From Candidatus Latescibacterota bacterium (GTDB lineage Bacteria > Latescibacterota > UBA2968), in the NCBI GenBank assembly GCA_965207885.1, contig OZ242311.1, positions 3,040,001 to 3,104,000 on the forward strand: DNA of 64,000 bases. Direction: 5' to 3'. Positions 10,240-18,925 of the stretch are shown here, piece after piece. The position numbers were made by a program, and so were the translations under genes. The first letter of the stretch is position 1. Each line of letters opens with the position of its first letter. The notes below the pieces were generated by a model. It made no database searches and was not told where the DNA came from. It worked only from the letters and a program-made list of their open reading frames with translations.

Positions 10240-11988
10240 CTAATGCTTGAGGTCGAGTTGCGCCGACCACGAGGAGGTGCGGTGGTGGCTGTAGCGCGTT
10301 GATAGGCGGAAATGCGCGGTTGCCCAGGTGAGGCGCAGGCCGCGATTTGTGCCGTCCCCCGAGAGGGTGAGCAGGCGTATGCCGCCCCAAACATCGGGCT
10401 CGATGTCGTAGATACGCGCGTTGTAGGATGAGATTTTGTGGTGGGTGGCCCATAGTGCGAGGGAAAAGCCCGTTGATTTGCCGAGTTGAAGACGAAGTCC
10501 AGTTGCGTTTCCCGATGTACCGGCATATGCGCGCTGTAGCCATGCGGTCAGGGCGTGGTTGGGGCGTTTGTAGGCGAGCGAAAGGCGAAGGCTTTGTCGG
10601 GGTACGCGATTTGTCGCGCTTCTGGCATCGGCGGTCAGGCGTGCAGAAAAACCTCTGCTGAATCGGTGGGTAAAATTGAGCCGCAGGCGAGCGCCTCGTT
10701 CTGGTAGTGCGCTTTTCTCTGGCCTGAGCTGCCCATGACGGTCGAGGGCGATATCGAGGCGTTGGCGTTTTGATATGCGCCAGGTCAAGCCGAAGAATGC
10801 GCCCCATTCGTTGTTGGGGGGAGAGCTATAGGCGGCATAAGGTGCGCCGTGCAAGCTGTGGAAATTGGCGCCATAGCGTCTGCCAATGAGATGGAGACGC
10901 AGGGTGGGTGTTCCAGCGACGAGGCCGGTTATGAAAGCTCTGGGGGCGATTTCGCCAAATAGAGCGATGCGGTCGGCGCGGTAGAGGGCATTGAGACTGA
11001 ATAACATGCCTGCCTGAGCTGTGCGCGGCACTGCGGATTCACCGGCTGTGTCAGACGCGACAGGTGAGAATGCCGTGTTGAGAATTGTCAATCCAATGTT
11101 TTTTTGCGAGGATCCAATGGCTATATTCGCGCCTGTGAGGCGTTCGCGGAGCGCGTTTTTGCGCGCTTGTGAGGTTTCGGTATGGTGAAGGCCGCTGGTG
11201 TAGATACGCGTATCAGATCCAAAGGTCGCATCCCATGTTATTTGGCCATACATCAGGCTCCAGTGCAGGTGGGTGTGTGAGCCGCTCAGGTAAATGCCGC
11301 GCGGGGCACCGTGTTCTATGCTGGTGCGGTTGCCTGATCGCGTGGCATTGCGGGCGCGTGCGTAGCTCAAGCCGGTCGCACTGCGTGTGCGGCGCGAAAA
11401 GAGCAATCCCTGTCCCCATTCTGGACGCACATCTCCTATGATGATGTTGACGCGAGAAAGGGGCAGGGCAATATAGCCAGTGACGTAATCGGTGATAACG
11501 GGTTCTTCCGGGTCGCGTTCTGTAAGAAAAAAGGCAGAGAGACGTGTGGGTGAAGCGATTTCGAGTCGTTGATAGAGACGCATGTCGCCAAAGCTATTGG
11601 CGCGTCTGGAAGGGCGCGAGACGCGGGATGTGTATTGTAAACGCCATGGGCGCGGAGGTGCGATGGACAGATAGGGCGCGATGAGGTCGATGCGTTCTGC
11701 CGATAAGCCCTGGACAGAGGCGAGTTCTTCGAGGGTGCGATAGGGGCGCCGGGCGATGATTCGCCGGGCGAGTTCTGGGGTGATACCGGGCAGAATGAGC
11801 AGGTCTTTCGCACTTGCGCGGTTGAGCTCGAGACGTATGCCTTCGAGGTCGCGCAACAAGTCGTTATAAGCTTCGGCTTCGCCTTCGGTGTAGATGGCGG
11901 ATGGTTGCGCGAATAGGAGCGCGGGAAGGCACAGAGTGAAAACAATGTGCCATGCGAGTGTGCGGATGTGAAAGATGTGTTCTGGCAT
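10240..11988 (-). CDS. Helix-hairpin-helix (ComEA-like) domain protein with probable C-terminal beta-barrel
   Basis: Signal peptide; LNRAS..DLLILPGITPELARRII..RPY..LEEL..VQGL HhH motif; GD...WGQGLL; alternating amphipathic strands up to the C terminus. Confidence 0.72.
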   Translation of the reverse strand: MPEHIFHIRTLAWHIVFTLCLPALLFAQPSAIYTEGEAEAYNDLLRDLEGIRLELNRASAKDLLILPGITPELARRIIARRPYRTLEELASVQGLSAERIDLIAPYLSIAPPRPWRLQYTSRVSRPSRRANSFGDMRLYQRLEIASPTRLSAFFLTERDPEEPVITDYVTGYIALPLSRVNIIIGDVRPEWGQGLLFSRRTRSATGLSYARARNATRSGNRTSIEHGAPRGIYLSGSHTHLHWSLMYGQITWDATFGSDTRIYTSGLHHTETSQARKNALRERLTGANIAIGSSQKNIGLTILNTAFSPVASDTAGESAVPRTAQAGMLFSLNALYRADRIALFGEIAPRAFITGLVAGTPTLRLHLIGRRYGANFHSLHGAPYAAYSSPPNNEWGAFFGLTWRISKRQRLDIALDRHGQLRPEKSALPERGARLRLNFTHRFSRGFSARLTADARSATNRVPRQSLRLSLAYKRPNHALTAWLQRAYAGTSGNATGLRLQLGKSTGFSLALWATHHKISSYNARIYDIEPDVWGGIRLLTLSGDGTNRGLRLTWATAHFRLSTRYSHHRTSSWSAQLDLKH

Positions 11989-12073
11989 TGGGCGCGTTTG
12001 CGATATAAAGGTCTTAATTTACAGTAAGTTGCTTTATTGTTGCAATAGACCTTATGCAAACGGTATGCCAATC

Positions 12074-13909
12074 TCACTTCTGATACGGTTCTATTCTGCC
12101 GTTGCGAATGGTGAGCATATACATCCAGGCATTTTCCCGATGGCCTTTGCCAAAGGATATTTGGCCGGTTGCACCGGGTATATCTGTGAGGGTTTCAAGG
12201 TGCTCTCGCAGGTGGTCTCGGGTGGTGCCGCCCGCGTTTATGCCGTGCAGGATGGATAGCATGGCATCGTATCCGAGGGCAGCAACGATATTCTGTTCTT
12301 TGCCAAAGCGCGAGCGGTAGGCGTTGACAAAATTTTGCACGGATTCAAGATGGCTCTGATCGTAATATTTTGCGACAAAAATAGCGCCATCGACGTAATT
12401 ACCGCCATCGCGAGCCACTTCATCGTGGTTCCAGCCATCACTACCGAGCACCTGGGAAGAAACGAGGGCGGAATGAAATTGGGGGGCGATGAGTAAGATG
12501 TCTTCAGCGCCACCCGCAATGAGGATGCCGTCCAGGGCTTCGACAACTTCGAGTTGCACAGTGTCGGGATCAACTACGACGGGTGGGGGAGGGGCAACGC
12601 GTATGTTCCCGAGGATTAATGAGTCAATTGCCGAAGCGAGGTCGTCGGGCGCTTGAAGTGCCAGTCCCGCGATGCGTATGCGTTCAAATTGGCGGCGATA
12701 ATCCGTAGTGCCGGGTTCGTACCATTCTTGAATGAGCACTTCGGCACCGAGGTCTTCGGCTCTGGTGGCAAATTCGCGGGCGATGCTCTGGCCATAATCA
12801 TCTCGAGATGCAAGTGAAGCCAGCGTTCGCAAACCCTGTTTATTCACGGCGTGTTCTGCAATGCGCCTGCCCTGTGCCCCTGGTGTTGCATTGACTTGAA
12901 AAACATAGGGACTGAGGGATGCAATGCCGTCGTCTGAGGCTGTTGGGGCCACCAGAGGCACTTTTTGGGCACTTAGCATAGTTGCAATAGGCGTGGTTAC
13001 CGCGCTTGTGAGTGCGCCGATGATGGCGAGTACATCGCGTTCTTCAACAAGGCGCTGTACCGCGCGTGCTGCGCGAATGGGGTCGCCTGCGGAGTCTTCA
13101 AATATCAGTTCGACCTGGTCGTGAGATGCGAGTGGATTGCGGTCTCTCGCAAGTGTGATGCCGTTGCGGAGGTCTTCGCCGCTTGGGGTGTCCAATGGGG
13201 CGATGACGCCGATTTTATAGCGCGCCTTTTGGGGTTCTGGTTCCGGGGTAGGTTGGGACGAAGATATGAGGATTTGTCGCGCGAGCACAGCGAATTGCCC
13301 ATTTGGATGGTGATCGAGAAAGAGAGTCAGGTATTTGTTGCCTTTTTCGAGGGCGTCGAGTTTGATGTGCCAGTGCGCTTTGCCAAAGGCAATGGCTTCG
13401 TCAATGATGGCGCGATTAAAATCTGTTTTCAAATTTTCGACCTCGCTATCAGGTAGTTTTTCGCTGCCCGATAGTTGGCTTAGGCGGTCGGCTGCACGCG
13501 CTTTGGTGCGTATGTCGGCGCGGCTGGTGAGTACGCGCGCATATTGTGTGACGGCGTTGTAAATCTGGTGTTGGTGAAAATAACAGTCGCCAATGATCAG
13601 GTCGGTTTCAGAGATGTATCGGCTGCGCGGGTAGTAATGTTGAAGCGCGATGGCTGCGGTCAGAGCCTGATCGTATGCTTTCAATTTGTAGTGCGATTTT
13701 GCCAGCATGAATCTCGCGGCAGAGGTGCGCTGATTGGGGGGGTGTTGTTCTATGAGTTCTATAAATCTATCCCGGGCGTCTGATAGATTATCTTGATTAT
13801 AATGGGCAAGTGCGCGTTGGAAGAGGGTTTCCGCTTTCTGGCTGTATATCTCACCCGATATATGGGTAGAGAAGAGAAGGAGAAACAGGAGTGTGGATAA
13901 TGTTTTCAT
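12074..13909 (-). CDS. TPR plus periplasmic binding protein (LpoA/branched-chain amino acid SBP-like)
   Basis: Signal peptide, N-terminal TPR-like helices, C-terminal type I PBP fold (KIGVIAPL, AIIGALTS, ALGYDA, GATGQISF). Confidence 0.78.
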   Translation of the reverse strand: MKTLSTLLFLLLFSTHISGEIYSQKAETLFQRALAHYNQDNLSDARDRFIELIEQHPPNQRTSAARFMLAKSHYKLKAYDQALTAAIALQHYYPRSRYISETDLIIGDCYFHQHQIYNAVTQYARVLTSRADIRTKARAADRLSQLSGSEKLPDSEVENLKTDFNRAIIDEAIAFGKAHWHIKLDALEKGNKYLTLFLDHHPNGQFAVLARQILISSSQPTPEPEPQKARYKIGVIAPLDTPSGEDLRNGITLARDRNPLASHDQVELIFEDSAGDPIRAARAVQRLVEERDVLAIIGALTSAVTTPIATMLSAQKVPLVAPTASDDGIASLSPYVFQVNATPGAQGRRIAEHAVNKQGLRTLASLASRDDYGQSIAREFATRAEDLGAEVLIQEWYEPGTTDYRRQFERIRIAGLALQAPDDLASAIDSLILGNIRVAPPPPVVVDPDTVQLEVVEALDGILIAGGAEDILLIAPQFHSALVSSQVLGSDGWNHDEVARDGGNYVDGAIFVAKYYDQSHLESVQNFVNAYRSRFGKEQNIVAALGYDAMLSILHGINAGGTTRDHLREHLETLTDIPGATGQISFGKGHRENAWMYMLTIRNGRIEPYQK

Positions 13910-14388
13910 TGAACAAAGTTGATAAAATCTTCTGGGTGCAGTTTTTGCAGTCTCTGCTGAAGGAGCTCAGGAGGGTGTTTTTGGGACAGTTCGGTACTTT
14001 TTTTTATTACTTTTTCGTCAATGTAGATTGGCGCGTCAAATTTGAGTGCCATCAAGATCGCATCGCTGGGGCGCGCGTCGAGTTCCAATGGCGTTACAGG
14101 GGAAGTGAGATGCAATTGCGCGCAATAGACGTGGTCTATAATGTCTGTGATGAGCGCGTGTTGAACGCTGGCTTGCAGGTTTTTAATAACTGTTTTGATT
14201 AAATCGTGTGCAAATGGACGCGGCGGTTTGAAATTTTCGCCTGCGATATGAAGGGCAAGCGAGAACATTTCACCCATTTGAATCCATATTGGCACGCGGT
14301 GGTCGCCATCTTTTTGTTTCAGCATAACAACCGGCTCTTCGAATTGGCGGTCGATAAATATGCCTTCGATTTGGGCTTCATAGACCAT
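13906..14388 (-). CDS. Bifunctional nuclease family protein (DUF151)
   Basis: VPIWI, PPRPFAHDL, LDARPSDAI motifs. Confidence 0.9.
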   Translation of the reverse strand: MVYEAQIEGIFIDRQFEEPVVMLKQKDGDHRVPIWIQMGEMFSLALHIAGENFKPPRPFAHDLIKTVIKNLQASVQHALITDIIDHVYCAQLHLTSPVTPLELDARPSDAILMALKFDAPIYIDEKVIKKSTELSQKHPPELLQQRLQKLHPEDFINFVQ

Positions 14389-14459
14389 GGACGCGACCTC
14401 TGTTCGTTTTTGAAAATATAAAAGAGGGCAGTGGAAGGGTCAAGGATCAGTTCTTAGAT

Positions 14460-15104
14460 TTATTCCAAAACGAGTGAGACGGCGAGCCAGCCGCCTACGG
14501 GAATGATGTTGGAGATGAGCCGGGGGTGATTGGCAACGCAGCGGTTGTAGTCCTGTATGCCGCGGCGACCATCGCCTTCGGGCAGTGCGCGGTGTGCATG
14601 TCCGTGTCCATTGGCATTGTCGGCGATTATGAGCCCGCCCGGTCGCGTATTTTCAAGGGCAAAGTCGAGATATTTGGGATAGCTTTCTTTGTCTGCGTCG
14701 ATGAAGATGAGGTCAAAAGGCCCATCTTGCACTGCATCTTGCATGAGTTTTGTCCCGTCGCCGAGGCGTACATCTGTTCGGTCGGATAGTCCGGCTTTTT
14801 CGTAGTTGCGCCGCGTGACATCGGCGTGTTTGGGTTCAATTTCAAGGGTGATGAATTGCCCGGCTTCGGGCAGTGCACGGGCGAGCCATATCCCCGAATA
14901 ACCTGCGAGCGCACCAAATTCGAGGATTTTTTTTGCGCCGATTGTCCTGGCGAGCAAATACAGGGTTTGCCCGGCTTCGGGGCTGACTGAGATTCGCGGA
15001 ATACCCTGTTCGGCAGCATCGGGCATGATGTTTTTGAGCAAGTCGTCTTCGCGGGCGAAGACTTCCCGTTTGTATGTGTCGAGATCGGGATAGGATTGTT
15101 GCAT
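14460..15104 (-). CDS. Class I SAM-dependent O-methyltransferase (CCoAOMT/COMT-like)
   Basis: ILEFGALAGYS, FDLIFIDADK, GGLIIADN. Confidence 0.9.
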   Translation of the reverse strand: MQQSYPDLDTYKREVFAREDDLLKNIMPDAAEQGIPRISVSPEAGQTLYLLARTIGAKKILEFGALAGYSGIWLARALPEAGQFITLEIEPKHADVTRRNYEKAGLSDRTDVRLGDGTKLMQDAVQDGPFDLIFIDADKESYPKYLDFALENTRPGGLIIADNANGHGHAHRALPEGDGRRGIQDYNRCVANHPRLISNIIPVGGWLAVSLVLE

Positions 15105-15129
15105 TGAGTTATCCTTTCATTGCACGCTT

Positions 15130-16173
15130 TTAGAATGTGATTCTTCTTCCTTCTTTTGCCGATTGATATGCGCCGAGGATCATTTCAACGGAGACGCGCC
15201 CCTCTTCGGGGGAGACGCGTTCATTGCTCAGGCCGCGAATATAGTTGATAAATGGACGGGGTATGGCGGCGATGCGCTCGCCCTGCCCTTTGGGTATGTC
15301 CATTTTGAACTCGGTCCAGTGATCGTCACCGCGGCGGATGTATTTGAGTGGGACGGCGTCTTCTGATCGCGGCGCAGAGGTGGAGGGCGCGTCGCCGTAG
15401 TCCTGGATGATGGTTCCTTCGTCGCCGTAGATTTCAGTGGTGTTGACGCCTGCGGCAGTGGTGGAGCCGTTGAATAATATGCCCATCATGCCGGTTTCAA
15501 AACGGAAGATGGAGACGCCGTTATCGTCAGGTGCAGCATCTGTCACGATGTTGTCGATTTCGGCCATTACTGAGACGGGGCGACCAAAAATCCAGTAGAA
15601 CCAGTCGGCGGCATGGGGGGCGTCGTCGAAGTACATTCCAATATTGGCAATGGGGTCGAGGTGCCATCTGGAGGCGCCAGTGACAAAGTGGGGATTGAGC
15701 AGTACGGGGATACAATGTCTTCGGCGCACGACCGCAATATTACCAACTATGCCCTTGTCAACGAGTTCCTTAATTTTGCGGTTGACGGGGTCCTGCCGCA
15801 TCTGAAAGGCCATGCTGAATTTGACGCCCGATTTATTTACGGCTTCGATGATGCGGTCGCAATCTTCAAGGGTGGTAGCCATGGGTTTTTGGAGCAGGAT
15901 ATTTTTGCCCGCCTGAGAGGCCACTATTGCGTATTCTGCGTGGCGGTTGGTCTCTATGCCGATCATGACGGTGTCGATATTTGGGTCGCTGAGTACGGCG
16001 TCTGCGGATGTGCGAAATTCCATGCCGAATTTTTCAGCGTTTTCGCGTCCGCGATCTTTGTTGTCGTCCCATGTGGCGATGAGTTCGACATCGTCAAAAT
16101 GCTGCATTTGACCACAATATGTGTTGATGTGTCCGTGTGCGTGGCTGAGTACGCCAATTCTGACTTTATCCAT
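15130..16173 (-). CDS. Gfo/Idh/MocA oxidoreductase
   Basis: GKNILLQKPMA (EKP-like) motif; typical length and C-terminal pattern. Confidence 0.85.
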   Translation of the reverse strand: MDKVRIGVLSHAHGHINTYCGQMQHFDDVELIATWDDNKDRGRENAEKFGMEFRTSADAVLSDPNIDTVMIGIETNRHAEYAIVASQAGKNILLQKPMATTLEDCDRIIEAVNKSGVKFSMAFQMRQDPVNRKIKELVDKGIVGNIAVVRRRHCIPVLLNPHFVTGASRWHLDPIANIGMYFDDAPHAADWFYWIFGRPVSVMAEIDNIVTDAAPDDNGVSIFRFETGMMGILFNGSTTAAGVNTTEIYGDEGTIIQDYGDAPSTSAPRSEDAVPLKYIRRGDDHWTEFKMDIPKGQGERIAAIPRPFINYIRGLSNERVSPEEGRVSVEMILGAYQSAKEGRRITF

Positions 16174-16233
16174 AGAGTAGGACCTTTGGTGTAGTATTGA
16201 GAATCTACAATAGCAGTTGGGGGGGTGGGCGGG

Positions 16234-16257
16234 GTTCGTCTATTCGTCTATTCGTCA
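16234..16257 (-). repeat. 8-bp tandem repeat (CGAATAGA) about 2.5 copies, starting at a stop codon
   Basis: Minus strand reads TGA CGAATAGA CGAATAGA CGAA. Confidence 0.65.
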
Positions 16258-17247
16258 TTTTACGTAAACTACGGTTTCGGTGTCGAGCGACTCAATGGCT
16301 GCGGCAATGACTTTTTGCGCGGCGAGTCCTTCTTCGCCCGAGCCGTCGATGTCTTCGGGTGCAACTCCTTCGCTGACCTGGCGGAGAAATGTGCCGATGC
16401 GGTCGCGGAAGGTGTCAATAAAATCTCCAAATCCCCCAAAGGCAGGGTCTGTGTACACGGTTTTTTCGAGGTTGCCCGCCGGGTAGAGGGTGAGTTCGTG
16501 CCACATGTCATCGAGGACGAAACGGCCGCCCGTGCCGGCGACTTCGCAGCGTTCCATGGGGTGTCCGCGCGCGATGTCGTAACTGCCCGTGAGTGAGCCG
16601 ACCACGCCATTTTTAAAACGCATGTTGAACTGTGCGGTGGACCATATTTGGCGCCCGGGTGCTTTGGTGGCGAAACAGTGAACCGCTTCTATATCGCCGC
16701 AGAAATAGCGCATGACGTCAATGGTGTGTGGGTGAAGTGCTTTGAGGTGATAATACGGCGAGCTTTCCGCCGGGTTCATGATCCACATCGCCATATTGAT
16801 AAAGAGCAGATGGCCCAGGCGCCCTTCATTGACCCATTTTTTTGCAAGGCGAGCCGCAGGGGTAAAGCGGTGGTTGAGGTCAATGCCGTAGCAGATGCCC
16901 ATTTCTCTGGCTTTGGCGACCATTTCTTCGCCGTGGGAAATATTATTTGAGATGGGTTTTTCGCCCAGGACGTGACAGCCAGCTTCGATGGCTTGTATGG
17001 TGGGCGCGTAGTGATCACTGCTGTATTCATAGCCACCTGTGGCTACGCTTACCACATCGGGTTTGAGTTCTTCAAGCATTTTTGGAACGTTGTAAAAAGC
17101 GGTGACGCCCAGGCGTTGTGCGGCCGCGTTGGCGCGGGTTTCGTCAATGTCGCATACGCCCACGAGATCGGATAGTGGATTTTCTATATAAATATCAGCG
17201 TGCCGGTTGCCAATTGGCCCCAGCCCGATGACGCATACACGTAGCAT
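16255..17247 (-). CDS. Gfo/Idh/MocA oxidoreductase
   Basis: Start MLRVCVIGLGPIG (Rossmann GxGxxG) after GGAG; HVLGEKPI; LNHRF. Confidence 0.88.
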   Translation of the reverse strand: MLRVCVIGLGPIGNRHADIYIENPLSDLVGVCDIDETRANAAAQRLGVTAFYNVPKMLEELKPDVVSVATGGYEYSSDHYAPTIQAIEAGCHVLGEKPISNNISHGEEMVAKAREMGICYGIDLNHRFTPAARLAKKWVNEGRLGHLLFINMAMWIMNPAESSPYYHLKALHPHTIDVMRYFCGDIEAVHCFATKAPGRQIWSTAQFNMRFKNGVVGSLTGSYDIARGHPMERCEVAGTGGRFVLDDMWHELTLYPAGNLEKTVYTDPAFGGFGDFIDTFRDRIGTFLRQVSEGVAPEDIDGSGEEGLAAQKVIAAAIESLDTETVVYVK

Positions 17248-17412
17248 AATGGTACTCCATATTTGGGATTGGTGCTCAATCGTCCAGTTTGGCAAGACGG
17301 GAGAGGATTATCTTTTTATTTAAGCATAAATTATTTTTCGTCAAGATGTTTGCGAGGCGGGGTACAACTTTGGCAGAAGCGCAATTTTTGGATTGCAATA
17401 AGGTATTTTTCC

Positions 17413-17441
17413 TTGCCAAGTGTGTTTGAATCCGCTAAATT
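17413..17441 (+). promoter_or_regulatory. Sigma70-type promoter for the region-4 HTH gene
   Basis: TTGCCA-17 nt-TAAATT. Confidence 0.45.
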
Positions 17442-17494
17442 ACGACGTCCTGTTTTTCGAAATTTGACGGAGTTGATCATTTCTACAAAATGCT

Positions 17495-17875
17495 ATGAAG
17501 CGCGAAAGAATACATTATAACACGGTGCGCGAGATTTGTTTTTCGCCAGAAGATATCGCTCGCCTTTCCGATAATTTACAGGAAAACGGCGCGCCATGTC
17601 ATATTCGCCATTTAGTGCCCGGCGAGGCAGATCCCGTGCGTTTGGCTCAGGTCAAAGACGTCATCGAGACGGTGTTGGTGGGGCGCAAGTACGAGGTTTT
17701 GTTGCTGCGCTCACAGGGCAAGACGTTTACAGAAATCGCGCTGCTTTTAGAGATCTCAAAAAGTGCGGTGCAAAGTCACTACCGTATCGCTATAAAACGG
17801 GTGCAACGCGCTCTGGGTATAGTGCCCGGGCAAAAGGTCAAGCCTCCATCACCATCGACGTATTCCATGGTCTAA
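17495..17875 (+). CDS. Sigma-70 region 4 / LuxR-like HTH protein
   Basis: YEVLLLRSQGKTFTEIALLLEISKSAVQSHYRIAIKRV matches the region 4.2 pattern; no region 2 is evident. Confidence 0.72.
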   Translation: MKRERIHYNTVREICFSPEDIARLSDNLQENGAPCHIRHLVPGEADPVRLAQVKDVIETVLVGRKYEVLLLRSQGKTFTEIALLLEISKSAVQSHYRIAIKRVQRALGIVPGQKVKPPSPSTYSMV

Positions 17876-18051
17876 CTTTCCTCTCTCTGTTTTGTCAATC
17901 AGGTTCCGCTTTGTGCGCGACCTGTTTTTTTTTGCTCCAAGCCTCCAGTTCCTCGCCTTTTTCTTGTCTTTGTCCCATTCATGTGTATCTTTTACCGTTA
18001 TCACAATAGTTGTGAATCGCGTTTTAATCTTACTTTTCAAAGGAGTTTCCC

Positions 18052-18429
18052 ATGGCTGTATTTCTTCATACGCGCGTTCGCGTGAGCGATTTGGATAGGT
18101 CGATCCAGTATTATTGCGATCATTTTGGTTTTGTGCTGAAGAGTCGTTCGGAAAAGTCGCCAGCGGGCAATCAGATCTGCCATCTGGAATTGCCGGGCAA
18201 CGAGCATACGCTGGAATTGACGTATTCCGATGATTACGAGTTGAATGTGCCCGAAGATCTGATGCACTTCGCGATTGGCGTGCCCGATTTGATTGCCTTT
18301 TGCGATGAGTTAGAGAAAAAGGGAATCGAGATTTGGCCCGGCGATTGGCGAGAGACATTTCCCACAGGACGCAAAATGGCGTTTGTCGATGATCCGGATG
18401 GGTATGAAATTGAGTTGTTGGAAAGATAA
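18052..18429 (+). CDS. VOC/glyoxalase I (lactoylglutathione lyase) family protein
   Basis: FLHTRVRVSDL, LELTY, HFAIGV, FVDDPDGYEIEL; RBS AAGGAG. Confidence 0.88.
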   Translation: MAVFLHTRVRVSDLDRSIQYYCDHFGFVLKSRSEKSPAGNQICHLELPGNEHTLELTYSDDYELNVPEDLMHFAIGVPDLIAFCDELEKKGIEIWPGDWRETFPTGRKMAFVDDPDGYEIELLER

Positions 18430-18435
18430 AAATTA

Positions 18436-18467
18436 AGGGATCGCCTGACTGAAATAAGGCGGTCCCT
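18436..18467. terminator. Intrinsic terminator between the convergent VOC and higA genes
   Basis: AGGGATCGCCT / AGGCGGTCCCT stem. Confidence 0.6.
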
Positions 18468-18539
18468 CAAGTTATTTTATTGGTAATTGCCGGGTTTTAT
18501 TTTTGAAGGGGATACAGGATGCGGTGGGATAAATGTCAG

Positions 18540-18839
18540 TCAGTCGGATGGTGTAGTGATTACAACGCGCTCAACCTGAATTTCATCGGCCTTCTGCATG
18601 GCCTGTGCCAGGTCGTAGGCCGCCTGCATTCGGTACCATGTGATCGCGCCTCCGCCGAAGGCTTTGTCCAGGCGAATCGCCATCTCAGGCGAGATGCCTG
18701 CCCGGCCGTCCACGATATCCGATAGTTCCTTGTGGTCAACGCCGAGTTTTTGCGCGGCTACAGTCACACTCAGCCCAAGTGGCTCCAGACAATCGTAACG
18801 TACTGACAGCCCCGGATGGGGTGGATTCTTCATCGGCAT
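18540..18839 (-). CDS. higA: HigA-family addiction-module antitoxin (XRE HTH)
   Basis: [10 protein letters not shown]...[12 protein letters not shown]...[15 protein letters not shown]...[13 protein letters not shown] is a classic HigA/VapI pattern. Confidence 0.92.
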   Translation of the reverse strand: MPMKNPPHPGLSVRYDCLEPLGLSVTVAAQKLGVDHKELSDIVDGRAGISPEMAIRLDKAFGGGAITWYRMQAAYDLAQAMQKADEIQVERVVITTPSD

Positions 18840-18847
18840 TTTTTTCC

Positions 18848-18871
18848 TTAGTGACGGAAACTGAGGATCAT
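18848..18871 (-). pseudogene. higB: 7-codon remnant of the higB toxin (MILSFRH*)
   Basis: ATG ATC CTC AGT TTC CGT CAC TAA sits directly before the higA RBS and matches the MIxSFRH N terminus of HigB toxins. Confidence 0.7.
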
Positions 18872-18925
18872 AAACCAAATATAACCTATCTTCTTCCAGA
18901 ATCAAAATATCATAAAAAACTGTAT

